Below are positions 1-9,091 of a DNA stretch of 64,000 nt, piece by piece (position 1 is the first letter of the stretch; each line of letters begins with the position of its first letter). The notes beneath the pieces were generated by a model. The model saw only the letters and a list, made by a program, of their open reading frames with translations, was not told the DNA's origin and searched no databases. Location of the stretch: contig CAXXFL010000002.1 of the NCBI GenBank assembly GCA_963674965.2, forward strand, positions 640,001 through 704,000, read 5' to 3'. The position numbers and the translations under genes were made by a program. This DNA is from a bacterium (GTDB taxonomy: Bacteria; RBG-13-61-14; DATKZS01).

Positions 1-736
1 CGAGGTATAGACCCATCAGGCTGACCAATATGGCGGGAAGGGTGTAAAGCCATCCCAGCAGCCAGTGGATTGGCCGGGCATTACGGAAGGCTTGCCAGAA
101 GTCTCCCTTGTAATTCACGGAAAGCCTCTCCATAAAAAGGCCCTTGCCGCGAAGGGACAGAAGACCGAACTCGATCATAAAGATAATGATCAGGATAAAA
201 AGAGGTCCCCACAGGCCCAGGTTCAACTCCGGAATCTGATCGCGCCGGAATAAAGCAACGTAAACCATTACCAAAAGGAAAAAAGAGCAAACGCCGAAAA
301 TGGCCATGCACACCCGCCAGAAAAGAAGACCCGCCTGCCGGCTGGGAGTAATGCCCGTCTTGCGCATGAAATACAGGAACACCCCGCCCGCGGCGAAGGT
401 AATGTTGACCATGGTTAAAAGGTAGGCGGCGGCCTTGATAAAAAAATAGTCCTTAAAGGGAACGGGCTTGTCGAACCACTTGAAGCTTCTGGTGGTAAAG
501 GCGGCGTCGGTGGTCCAGAAGACGAGAAGGGGAAAGGTCGCGCCAAGCAGGGCGAGAAGTTTGTCGGACTCGTCCCAGGCCTTTTTCAGCTTGTCCCATT
601 CCACGTCGTCCAGGCTGTAATACAAGATAGCCGCTGACACGGCCATGGTGATAATACGCATGGCCCACCGTGAAGCCGTTTTCTTGAAGCCCGCTTTTTG
701 CTCTTTCTCCTCGGGTTTTTGTTCCTGATCTTCCAT
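1..736 (-). CDS. Partial multi-TM membrane protein, probably lysylphosphatidylglycerol-synthase TM / flippase-like (UPF0104) family; runs off the left edge
   Basis: Not in the ORF track. Hand translation from ATG 736 (AAGGTG just upstream): MEDQEQKPEEKEQKAGFKKTASRWAMRIITMAVSAAILYYSLDDVEWDKLKKAW...; hydrophobic helices and a 'DVEW..L...W' pattern typical of that family. Confidence 0.55.
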   Translation of the reverse strand, partial: MEDQEQKPEEKEQKAGFKKTASRWAMRIITMAVSAAILYYSLDDVEWDKLKKAWDESDKLLALLGATFPLLVFWTTDAAFTTRSFKWFDKPVPFKDYFFIKAAAYLLTMVNITFAAGGVFLYFMRKTGITPSRQAGLLFWRVCMAIFGVCSFFLLVMVYVALFRRDQIPELNLGLWGPLFILIIIFMIEFGLLSLRGKGLFMERLSVNYKGDFWQAFRNARPIHWLLGWLYTLPAILVSLMGLYL

Positions 737-809
737 CACCTTTGCTTTCGGGCGTACATTATGGGGCACGCGTCGGCGTCGGTCAAGGCGCGACAAAAAG
801 CCGTAATGT

Positions 810-838
810 TTGACAAAAGGGGAGTACTCCAATAAATT
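810..838 (+). promoter_or_regulatory. sigma70-like promoter for the radical SAM gene
   Basis: TTGACA (810-815), 17 bp spacer, TAAATT (833-838); palindrome GGAGTACTCC (821-830) in the spacer. Confidence 0.55.
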
Positions 839-857
839 GGGAGCGCGGGAGGTCCCA

Positions 858-2444
858 ATGCCGCCGAGAGTTCTTTTATCATCGGTTTTCAAGCCCTTTG
901 CCATAGATGGCGTTTACGGCCGGGCCGATTCCAAAATCGAGCTTTACCACAACCAGATAACCAAGTATCAGGGCGTTTTTTCCATGCGCTCCTTTATGAA
1001 CTCCTTCGGGCTTCACGCCATTGCCAACAATATCGAGGTCCCCACCACGGTGCTGGATTTTCCCACCCTCGAGAGGTTCCGAAGAGAAGTTAAAAAAGGC
1101 TACGATATCGTGGGCATAGGCTCGATCATGCCCAACTTCCAGAAGGCCAAGCGCATGATCGAGGAAACGCGCGAGTTGTCACCCAAGTCCACGGTCGTGC
1201 TGGGCGGATTCTGCGCCACGGCCCCCAAGGTCAAGGAGGTCATGGGTCCGGACTACGTTTGTCGGGGCGAAGGCATAAGCTTCATGCGCGACCTTCTTGG
1301 TCTTTCGCCGGAATTCGAGTTCAAAAACCCCGACGTGTATCACGAGGACAGGGAAATTTTGGGCGTGCCCGTGCGCGGCGTCAAGTACCCGCATATATGC
1401 GTCGGCCTGGGTTGCTCTTACGGGTGCGAGTTCTGCTCGCCCAGTCATTTCTTTGGCAGGAAACACCTTAAGTTCTTTACCTCGGGCGACGCCCTTTTCG
1501 AGGAGATGGTCCGGGTAAAGAGGAAATTCAAAACCAACGTGGTCAGTTTCATTGGTGACGACAACTTCCTTCTGGACCGGAAGAGGGCGGACGAGCTTCA
1601 TCGCCGGGTCGTTGAAAGCGGCGAAATCTTCAATATCTTCCTTTTCGGATCGGCGGACCTGGCCGAGAAGTTTGGTCCCGAAAGGCTGGCCGAAATGGGG
1701 GTCGGTCTCATCTGGATCGGCCGTGAAAGCAAGTTCCACGACTTCTCCAAGAACAAGCGGACCGATATAAAGGAACTGGTCTCCGAGCTGAAGAAATACG
1801 GGATCAAGACCATCCTCAGTTCGATCCTCCTGGTGGACGACCATACCAGGGAAAACATTATGGAGGACGTGGACGAGCATATAGAGTGCGCGCCCGCCTT
1901 CAGCCAGTTCTCCCTTTATGCTCCGGTTCCGGGCACTCCTCTTTACGACAGGCTGAGCGAGGAGGGCAGGATACTCACGGCCATCCCCTTCGAGGAATGG
2001 CACGCCTTCAAGCAACCCTGGTTCGTGCATCCCGAGTTCAACCTGGTCGAGGCGGAGAAGGCCCAGGAGCGGGCCTATGTGCGGGACTTCCACGAACTGG
2101 GCCCTTCGACCATGAGGTTCATCCAGGTCGAACTCGAGGGCTGGAAAAATCTTGGAAAGTCATCCAAGCCCCATCTTAGGAAAAGGGCCGAATCGGTGGC
2201 GGGCCAAGCCTGGAAATACCGGGCCATCCTGCGGGCCATCGAGAAACTGGTTCCCACCGATGAGATGCGGGCCATGGCTCGGGCCACGAGGGATGAATTG
2301 GAAGACGCCTTTGGCAAGACGACCTTTTTAGAGGAATCCATATCTCAGGGTCTTTTCATTTCCGGCCGAGTCCGCCAGGCCCGGACGCGGCTGTGGGGAG
2401 ACGCTCTCCAGCCGCCGACCAGGGTGGTGGAGTATAACCAATAG
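858..2444 (+). CDS. Cobalamin-binding radical SAM protein
   Basis: CxxxCxxC (GCSYGCEFC), N-terminal B12-binding-like domain (YDIVGIGS...VLGG), DDNF, PVPGTPLY; ATG 858 with GGGAGG RBS. Confidence 0.85.
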   Translation: MPPRVLLSSVFKPFAIDGVYGRADSKIELYHNQITKYQGVFSMRSFMNSFGLHAIANNIEVPTTVLDFPTLERFRREVKKGYDIVGIGSIMPNFQKAKRMIEETRELSPKSTVVLGGFCATAPKVKEVMGPDYVCRGEGISFMRDLLGLSPEFEFKNPDVYHEDREILGVPVRGVKYPHICVGLGCSYGCEFCSPSHFFGRKHLKFFTSGDALFEEMVRVKRKFKTNVVSFIGDDNFLLDRKRADELHRRVVESGEIFNIFLFGSADLAEKFGPERLAEMGVGLIWIGRESKFHDFSKNKRTDIKELVSELKKYGIKTILSSILLVDDHTRENIMEDVDEHIECAPAFSQFSLYAPVPGTPLYDRLSEEGRILTAIPFEEWHAFKQPWFVHPEFNLVEAEKAQERAYVRDFHELGPSTMRFIQVELEGWKNLGKSSKPHLRKRAESVAGQAWKYRAILRAIEKLVPTDEMRAMARATRDELEDAFGKTTFLEESISQGLFISGRVRQARTRLWGDALQPPTRVVEYNQ

Positions 2445-2481
2445 GGCGCTTTGGCGGTTATGTTAAATCGGTAGCGCGTAG

Positions 2482-2510
2482 TTTACATAATTCACGCGCT
2501 TGTGTATATT
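2482..2510 (+). promoter_or_regulatory. sigma70-like promoter for the LysW-like gene
   Basis: TTTACA (2482-2487), 17 bp spacer, TATATT (2505-2510). Confidence 0.5.
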
Positions 2511-2594
2511 AGAAACGACGGTAACGGTAAAGAAATTAATATGAATTGACGGGCGCCACCGTTCAATTCAGGCAGCCGGAAAAGGAGGGCCCAA

Positions 2595-2777
2595 ATGGCC
2601 AAGGAAGCCGAATGTCCCGTGTGCAACGCCTACATCCCCATCGATCCGGGGACAAAGCCGGGCGACCAGGTTTACTGCTCTTATTGCGGAGCCCAACTCA
2701 CCATCGAACCGGACGCGGAAGAGGAAAAAGAGGGCGACGAGGACGAATACGTCCCTCTGCGTGAGGATTGGGACTGA
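2595..2777 (+). CDS. LysW-like small acidic zinc-ribbon protein (60 aa)
   Basis: CPVC...CSYCGAQL, very acidic tail, C-terminus EDWD; RBS AAGGAGG. Confidence 0.7.
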   Translation: MAKEAECPVCNAYIPIDPGTKPGDQVYCSYCGAQLTIEPDAEEEKEGDEDEYVPLREDWD

Positions 2778-2805
2778 GACGAATAAACTGAACGGATGAT
2801 TGTGG

Positions 2806-3189
2806 TCAGGTTTTCAGATTAACGAAGGTGTCGATGGCCTGCTGGCATTTTTTCTCAACCTTGGTGAACTTGACGCCCATGCCCGAGGGGAACTCCTGAT
2901 CGGAGGTCAGTTTCTGCACCCTTACGATGCTCCCCTCGATCTCGATTTCATCCATGCCCGGGAGGGTGAAGATGAGCTTGACCATGGTACCTTTGGGCAA
3001 AGGCTCGGTAGCCTTGATGAATATGCCGCCTATGCTTATATTGCTTGCCTGATAATAGGTGAAAGTCCCGCTGGTTACGTTCGTCACCTTAACCGTTATG
3101 GGAACGCGCGGGTATTTTCTCCTCTCGGAGGTGGCCGTATAATAGCCGATCCTGAAGCGGTTGAGTACGCCTTTTAGCTTTTCAAACAT
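2806..3189 (-). CDS. PilZ domain (c-di-GMP receptor) protein
   Basis: ERRKYPR (RxxxR) and NISIGG (NxSxxG) motifs, C-terminal GMGVKF; start placed at ATG 3189. Confidence 0.85.
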   Translation of the reverse strand: MFEKLKGVLNRFRIGYYTATSERRKYPRVPITVKVTNVTSGTFTYYQASNISIGGIFIKATEPLPKGTMVKLIFTLPGMDEIEIEGSIVRVQKLTSDQEFPSGMGVKFTKVEKKCQQAIDTFVNLKT

Positions 3190-3361
3190 TTTATAAACCT
3201 GTCCCTTGTCTTGGCCATGGAAGGCCGGCTCGATAAAGATTTTCACGTGCCATGATGGCTGGTGCAAGGACAAGGAAAAAATCTTCCTCCCACCTTGGAA
3301 ACCCAGTATTTTCAGATATTTTTATTTTTTAACATAATATATCTTATGCGAACTTATTAAT

Positions 3362-4492
3362 TCAGGGCCAGAGCCTGACAAGACCCTTGTTGTCAACGAA
3401 TACAAATCCATCGGCTCCCACCGGCTCCGCCCCCCGGCTTACGCGGGAAAGAAAACGCCTCGAGTAAATCAGCTCTCCCGTTTCCTTGTCGAGCACGGCC
3501 AGTTTGCCGCCGTGAGTTACCGTCACTATCCGGCCGCCGGAGACGACCGGCTTGGTGGGAGTACGAAGGTACCCGGACTTGAGCTTGCCGCCAAATAAGG
3601 AGGTCTTCCATATCTTTTTACCGGTGGCCTTGTCATAAGCGATTATCTCACCCGAGTCGGACGCGGCGTAAAGCATGGAGTCGTCGGCGGAGCAACCCGA
3701 GGCGCTGCCTTCCTTATCGAGCCAGAAAACCTTGCCGGTCTTACGGCTGAGGGCCGCGACTCCGCCGGCGTTTCCAACCACGTAAACCTGGGTATCGTCA
3801 ACGGCCGGCGCTGAATCGACGTCGTTAAAAAGAGAATCGGAAAAAATCTTGGTCTTCCAGACCACCCTTCCGTTACCAAGCTCGAGGGCCGCCGCCGAGC
3901 CTCCCGATAGGCCCACGAAGATGACGCCGCCGTCTATGACGGGCCGGGACATTCCCTGCAGGGCCAAGTCGTCGAAACGAAGATGCTGAGACTCCCAGGC
4001 CCACTCTCCCGTTTCGGCGTTCAAAGCGACCAACTTGTCCGAGGCGGTCTGAAAAACGACCAGACCATCGCCGACGGCCGGAGCGGAAAAGTCGATGGTC
4101 ATAAAGTCTCGATCCCATTTTTGCGCGCCGTCATACATATCCATGCAATGGAATTTGCCGTCATCGCCGCCAACGAAAATAAGATTGTCCATGACCGCCG
4201 GCCTCGAGACCGGAGCGAAATCAAGGTCGATCTCATTTAGTGAATTCCCATTTAAATCGGTAACAAGAATCTTTTTCCTCGAAGTTACAAAAACTATTTT
4301 ATCCTCGAGGGCCAAAGGCTTTCCCCTCTCGGGATTTACGTATTTAGATCTTATACGGGTGATTTGCCGCTCGAGCCCAAAGGTTTTAGGGTTATCGTAG
4401 TACTCATCGCCGGCGGCCAGACCAGACTGTCCAATAAGGAACAACGCCGCGGCCAGGATGGAGATCGAGATTATTTTTTTCATATTAAACAT
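3362..4492 (-). CDS. BamB-like PQQ-repeat beta-propeller exported protein
   Basis: Signal peptide; repeated A/L-x-D-xx-T-G-xxx-W motifs (ALNAETGEWAW, AYDKATGKKIW); directly downstream of a yfgM-like gene. Confidence 0.8.
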   Translation of the reverse strand: MFNMKKIISISILAAALFLIGQSGLAAGDEYYDNPKTFGLERQITRIRSKYVNPERGKPLALEDKIVFVTSRKKILVTDLNGNSLNEIDLDFAPVSRPAVMDNLIFVGGDDGKFHCMDMYDGAQKWDRDFMTIDFSAPAVGDGLVVFQTASDKLVALNAETGEWAWESQHLRFDDLALQGMSRPVIDGGVIFVGLSGGSAAALELGNGRVVWKTKIFSDSLFNDVDSAPAVDDTQVYVVGNAGGVAALSRKTGKVFWLDKEGSASGCSADDSMLYAASDSGEIIAYDKATGKKIWKTSLFGGKLKSGYLRTPTKPVVSGGRIVTVTHGGKLAVLDKETGELIYSRRFLSRVSRGAEPVGADGFVFVDNKGLVRLWP

Positions 4493-4503
4493 AGCCTTGG
4501 AAG

Positions 4504-5355
4504 CTATTCCGTGGACCCGTCCAAAGGCCCAACGCTATCGCCCGACGATTCGAGAGATTCGGAGCCGGCGGGAATATCATCGCTCGAACCGTCTTCCTCC
4601 GCCCCCGATGCTTTCTGTTTTTCCCAATAAGAAACAAGGTATTCGCGAGGATTGGACATCCAACTGTCAGGCAATGATTTTCCCATCTCATCCAGGGTCT
4701 TTTGGGCCGCTTCCGTGTCTCCTTTTTTGAATAATATTCGAGCCTTATTAAGGTAAGCGTCAGCTTGGAAGCCCGAGTCGGAACCTATCAGTTCATTGTA
4801 TTTGGCAAGGGCCCCGTCCAGATCGCCTTTTCGGTAAAGACACCTTGCCATGCCATCGATAGCCGCGTTTTTAAAGCCGGGATCCGCGGTATTGGCCAGC
4901 TTTGAATCGGAGAATCTTTTGTAATAATCGATAGCTTTGTCGTATTCCTCGACTTTTTCATAAGAAGAAGCAAGATAGAAAAGCCCCATTTGCCCTTCCG
5001 TTGAGTTCTTTTCGCTATCCACAAAAGTCCCCAGGGTCTCGACCAGGGCGTCGTGCTTATCTTTTTCGCTTCTATAGGAGTTCACGGAGCCGGGGAAATA
5101 TCCGGGGTCTTCTTCAATGACGCGAGCGTTAATAATTTCCATGGCGGCCGCGAACTCTTCAGCCGGCTTGTCCGACCTTGCCTTGATGCTTTTAACGCTG
5201 AACTGGATGATAAGCACCAGCGCGATGATTCCCGCGATGGCCGCCGCCGCCGTGAGAAAATTTTCCTCCAGCCACTCGTAGGCGCGTTCTCCAAAGCTGA
5301 TGAACTCGTCCGGCTGCTTGATCTGCTTTCTGGACATCTTGATTTTTTTGGCCAT
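4504..5355 (-). CDS. YfgM-like membrane-anchored TPR protein
   Basis: KQIKQPDEF N-terminus, single TM helix, TPR repeats; yfgM-bamB gene order. Confidence 0.75.
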   Translation of the reverse strand: MAKKIKMSRKQIKQPDEFISFGERAYEWLEENFLTAAAAIAGIIALVLIIQFSVKSIKARSDKPAEEFAAAMEIINARVIEEDPGYFPGSVNSYRSEKDKHDALVETLGTFVDSEKNSTEGQMGLFYLASSYEKVEEYDKAIDYYKRFSDSKLANTADPGFKNAAIDGMARCLYRKGDLDGALAKYNELIGSDSGFQADAYLNKARILFKKGDTEAAQKTLDEMGKSLPDSWMSNPREYLVSYWEKQKASGAEEDGSSDDIPAGSESLESSGDSVGPLDGSTE

Positions 5356-5483
5356 TAGTCGAAATCTCCCCCTGACCTGTTGATGGATAATAAAACCACG
5401 CTATTTTACATCATATTCGCCGTTTGTTAAAGTATTGTTTTTGGCTTTTGCAAAAAGCATGGCCACGTTATTTTAATCCTTTT

Positions 5484-6896
5484 TTAAAAAATCCCCAAAT
5501 GCTGATTAATCATGAACATTATTACTATAAAAACCAGGATGGGACTCACGTATCTGGCTATTGGAAGCCAGAGGTCGTGGAAAGTTCTCCTTTTTCCACC
5601 CTCGGTAAGCTGTTTGAGGACCACGTCGCCCTTTAGCCTCCAGGCCGCGAAAATAATTATGAAAAATCCACCAATGGGCAGCATATAGTTCGTGGCCAGC
5701 AAATCCACGGAATCCAGGATTTGCTTTCCCTCAAAAGGTTTAAAATCATTAAATATTTCCGTATAGCTCAAAGCGGAGAAAATCCCCAGGAACCATATCA
5801 CCGCGCCAAGGGATAAAGTGGCCACCCTCCTGGCCCATTTGCGGTCGTCTATAAAATACGCCACTACCACCTCGAGAAGACTTATCGCCGAGGTCAGCGC
5901 GGCAAAGGCGATAAGAAGGAAAAAGGCCGTGCCCATTAGCCTTCCCAGCGGCATCTGGGCAAAAGCCAGCGGCAGCACTTTGAATAAGAGCCCGGGCCCT
6001 CCCGCCGGATCGAGATTGTACTTGAACAAGATGGTGAAGATGGCTATGGAGGCGAGCATGGCGATCAGGGTATCCAGCCCCGCCACCATAACGGCCGCGC
6101 CGGGAAGGCTCTCGTCGTCGCCCAGGTAGGAGCCGTAAGTTATCATGGCGCCCATGCCCAGGCTGAGGGTGAAAAAGGCGTGGCCCATGGCCTCGAGCAT
6201 CGGACGGGCCGTGAACTTGCCCGCCTCGTCAAGCACAAGCTTTTTCCAGTCCGGCACAAACAGGTAAGTAAGTCCCGCCTTGGCGTCTCCCTCGATAAGT
6301 CCATACACGACCAGCACCACGAGGAGGATGAACAGGAGAGGCATGAGAATACCGATCCACCTCTCCAGGCCCTCCTTTACTCCAAAAATAACAATACCGA
6401 TGGTGGCCACCATAAACACCGTGTGCCAGCCTATCTGCTCCCAGGGGTCGGTAATGGTCTTGTCGAAAAGGGCGCTTATAGCCTCGGCGTCCTTGCCCAT
6501 GAACTCCCCGGAGGCGGACTTGGTGAAGTAGTCCACGTTCCATCCCGCCACCACCGAGTAATAGCTGAGGATCACGAAGCCTGAGGCCACCCCCAAAAAG
6601 CCAACGCCCAGCCAGAGGGGATTTTTCTTGCTCAGCTTCGCGAAGGCCCCCACTGGGTTCTTTCTCGCCTCGCGGCCGATCATAATCTCGGCCACCAAAA
6701 GCGGCAGGCCAACCACGAGGATACATAATAGGTAAAAAAGCACGAAGGCCCCGCCTCCGTACCTTCCGGCTATGTAGGGGAACTTCCAGATATTGCCCAG
6801 CCCGATGGCGCTGCCGGCCGCGGCCAGGATGAACATAAGCCGGGAGGACCATAACCCTCGAGCGCTTACGTCGTTTTCATTGCCGTTATATTCCAT
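5484..6896 (-). CDS. Sodium-dependent transporter, NSS/SNF family
   Basis: AAAGSAIGLGNIWKFPY...GGGAF and FFTLSLGMGAMITYGSY signatures. Confidence 0.95.
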   Translation of the reverse strand: MEYNGNENDVSARGLWSSRLMFILAAAGSAIGLGNIWKFPYIAGRYGGGAFVLFYLLCILVVGLPLLVAEIMIGREARKNPVGAFAKLSKKNPLWLGVGFLGVASGFVILSYYSVVAGWNVDYFTKSASGEFMGKDAEAISALFDKTITDPWEQIGWHTVFMVATIGIVIFGVKEGLERWIGILMPLLFILLVVLVVYGLIEGDAKAGLTYLFVPDWKKLVLDEAGKFTARPMLEAMGHAFFTLSLGMGAMITYGSYLGDDESLPGAAVMVAGLDTLIAMLASIAIFTILFKYNLDPAGGPGLLFKVLPLAFAQMPLGRLMGTAFFLLIAFAALTSAISLLEVVVAYFIDDRKWARRVATLSLGAVIWFLGIFSALSYTEIFNDFKPFEGKQILDSVDLLATNYMLPIGGFFIIIFAAWRLKGDVVLKQLTEGGKRRTFHDLWLPIARYVSPILVFIVIMFMINQHLGIF

Positions 6897-6985
6897 TCGC
6901 GATCGTCCCCGATTTTCCGATTGTTAAAGGCGTGAAAATTATAGCCCCTCAGGATTGAAGCCGCAAGAAGTCCGCTTCGATAGTC

Positions 6986-7651
6986 TCAGAACAGTTTGAG
7001 TATCGCCTTAATGTCGGGAATGATGGCGTCGGGGTTTTCCGCCTCGATCTCGGCCCTCGAGCAGGGACCGGTAGGGGCCTCGACTATGATCGCCCTGCAC
7101 CCCGCGCTTTTGGCCGACAGGACGTCCACCACGTGGTCGCCCACGTAGACCATTTCCCTCGTCTCCAGACCCAGCCTCTCGGCCATCAGGATAAGCGGGT
7201 CCGGCGCCGGCTTGGCGCTCTCGACCTCGTCCGAGCCCACGTATTGCTCGAAGTTGCCGTCAAGTCCCAGGTGTTTCATTATACGGTCGATCTCGGCGTG
7301 GCTTTTGGTGCTGGCCACGGCCATCCTGTATCCTTTTTCCTTGAGGAGAGCAAGGGTCTCGGCGACCCCGGTTAAAAGGAAAGACCTGGCGGCTATGGCC
7401 CCGTCCCGAGCTATCTTGCGGAACATGTCCCGCATTGCCTCGGGTTCCTTGCTGCCGAAAAGCGCGAAGGTCTGATCGATGGGAATTCCGATGCGTTTCT
7501 TGATGGACTCGGCTTCCACGGCCGGCTCCCCTACCCTTTTCCTGGCTTCATTAAAGCAATATACTATCCCCTCGCTCGAGTCGATCAGCGTATAGTCCAG
7601 ATCGAAAACAATGGCTTTGGCGTCCTTGAAATCCATCAATATCTCCTCCAT
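6986..7651 (-). CDS. HAD-family phosphatase (phosphoglycolate phosphatase-like)
   Basis: FDLDYTLIDS motif I, KPAP, VGDHVVD. Confidence 0.9.
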   Translation of the reverse strand: MEEILMDFKDAKAIVFDLDYTLIDSSEGIVYCFNEARKRVGEPAVEAESIKKRIGIPIDQTFALFGSKEPEAMRDMFRKIARDGAIAARSFLLTGVAETLALLKEKGYRMAVASTKSHAEIDRIMKHLGLDGNFEQYVGSDEVESAKPAPDPLILMAERLGLETREMVYVGDHVVDVLSAKSAGCRAIIVEAPTGPCSRAEIEAENPDAIIPDIKAILKLF

Positions 7652-7776
7652 TCGAGCGTGACCATATCACAGACTTTCGTCTTTCTCATCTTCTCCATCG
7701 CGGGAAAGGAAGACGTTTTTTGTCGAGTAAAGGTTTTCTTGAAATTTCCACCATTTCCGGTCTATAGTTGATTCTC

Positions 7777-9036
7777 ATGAAACTTGTCAGCTTTGAAAAG
7801 AAACTGGGGCTCTTCGGGGCCGTGAGCGTGACCGTCGGAGCGGTCATCGGCGTGGGCATATTCGTCATCGTGGGAGAGATCGGAGCCATGGCGGGCAACT
7901 GGACCTCGGTGGCCTTCATGGCCGCCGGCCTGGCCGCCGTGTTCGGTACCATGGTGGCCATCGCCCTGGGCAGCACTATCCCGGCGGACGGAGGAGGCTA
8001 TTACTACACCAAGAGCCTCTTGGGAAAAAAAGCCGGGGCCATAGCCAGTTGGCTTATCATAATCGGGGCCCTCGGCTCGGTCGGCACCGTGTCCCTCGGG
8101 GTGGCCGACTACATCCGATATTACGTGCCCGACTTCCCGGGATGGATAAGACCCATCATCGCCATCGGACTTATCCTGCTTACCTGGCTGATAAACACCA
8201 TCGGCATTATGGCATCGGAGAAACTTCAGATCGCCATGGTCGTCCAGCTATCGAGCGCCCTTCTCATACTGGTAATAGTGGCCATTATTAACGGCGGCTC
8301 GCCCGACTTCAGCCAGCCCCTGCCCAAAGGAACGGGGATTTTCCTTCAGGCCTGCGCCATGGCCCTCCTCTCCTATACGGGATTTAACATAATAGGAGAG
8401 TTGGGAGACGAGATAGAGAACCCCAGGCGAAACATTCCTCTGACCATCGTCATCGGACTGGGCATTATTATCTTCATCTACGTGGGCATAGGCTGGATCG
8501 TCTCGGGCAGCATGACGGCGGACGAGATGGCGGTGAGCAAGGCCGCCCTCCTCGATACGGCCATGAAGTACCTGGGCAACTACAAATGGTTCATGCACTA
8601 CCTGAACCTCGCCGCCGTGTTCGGCGCGATTACCTCGATTAACGCCGTCTTCCTGGCCGTGCCCCGCGAGTTCGCGGCCCAGGCCGAGGATAAGCTCCTT
8701 CCCCAGTGGATTGCCAAGTTCAACTCCGAGCGGCAAACCTTTCCCACCGGAATCATGGTGGTGGCCATAGTGGGATGTCTCATCGTGGCGCCCAGCTTCA
8801 AGGTCGGGCTGTACGGATACCTTTGCGTGGCGGGCCTCATCCTGGCCAACGTGCTTTTCTCCGCCGGGGTCCTGCGCCTTTTCAAGCTCTATCCGGACAA
8901 GGTCGAGTCCGCGCCCATTAAGATCAAGAAATGGTGGGTCATACCGTCGGGGGTCGTTTCAGTCCTTTTCTCCCTGGCCTTCGGCCTCCTGGCCGCCTAT
9001 TCCTTCTTCGAGATGCTTTTCAAGGAGTTGTTCTGA
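7777..9036 (+). CDS. APC-family amino acid permease
   Basis: GAVIGVGIF, GGGYYY, YTGFN...EIENPRRNIP; about 12 TM helices. Confidence 0.9.
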   Translation: MKLVSFEKKLGLFGAVSVTVGAVIGVGIFVIVGEIGAMAGNWTSVAFMAAGLAAVFGTMVAIALGSTIPADGGGYYYTKSLLGKKAGAIASWLIIIGALGSVGTVSLGVADYIRYYVPDFPGWIRPIIAIGLILLTWLINTIGIMASEKLQIAMVVQLSSALLILVIVAIINGGSPDFSQPLPKGTGIFLQACAMALLSYTGFNIIGELGDEIENPRRNIPLTIVIGLGIIIFIYVGIGWIVSGSMTADEMAVSKAALLDTAMKYLGNYKWFMHYLNLAAVFGAITSINAVFLAVPREFAAQAEDKLLPQWIAKFNSERQTFPTGIMVVAIVGCLIVAPSFKVGLYGYLCVAGLILANVLFSAGVLRLFKLYPDKVESAPIKIKKWWVIPSGVVSVLFSLAFGLLAAYSFFEMLFKELF

Positions 9037-9037
9037 T

Positions 9038-9074
9038 AAAAAAAACTCCCCGGCCCTTTTGGAGGTCGGGGAGT
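9038..9074 (-). terminator. Rho-independent terminator for mtnP (between convergent genes)
   Basis: Stem ACTCCCCGGCC (9045-9055) / GGTCGGGGAGT (9064-9074); A-run 9038-9045 gives a U-tract on the minus strand. Confidence 0.8.
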
Positions 9075-9091
9075 AAACCGTAAATTTCCCG

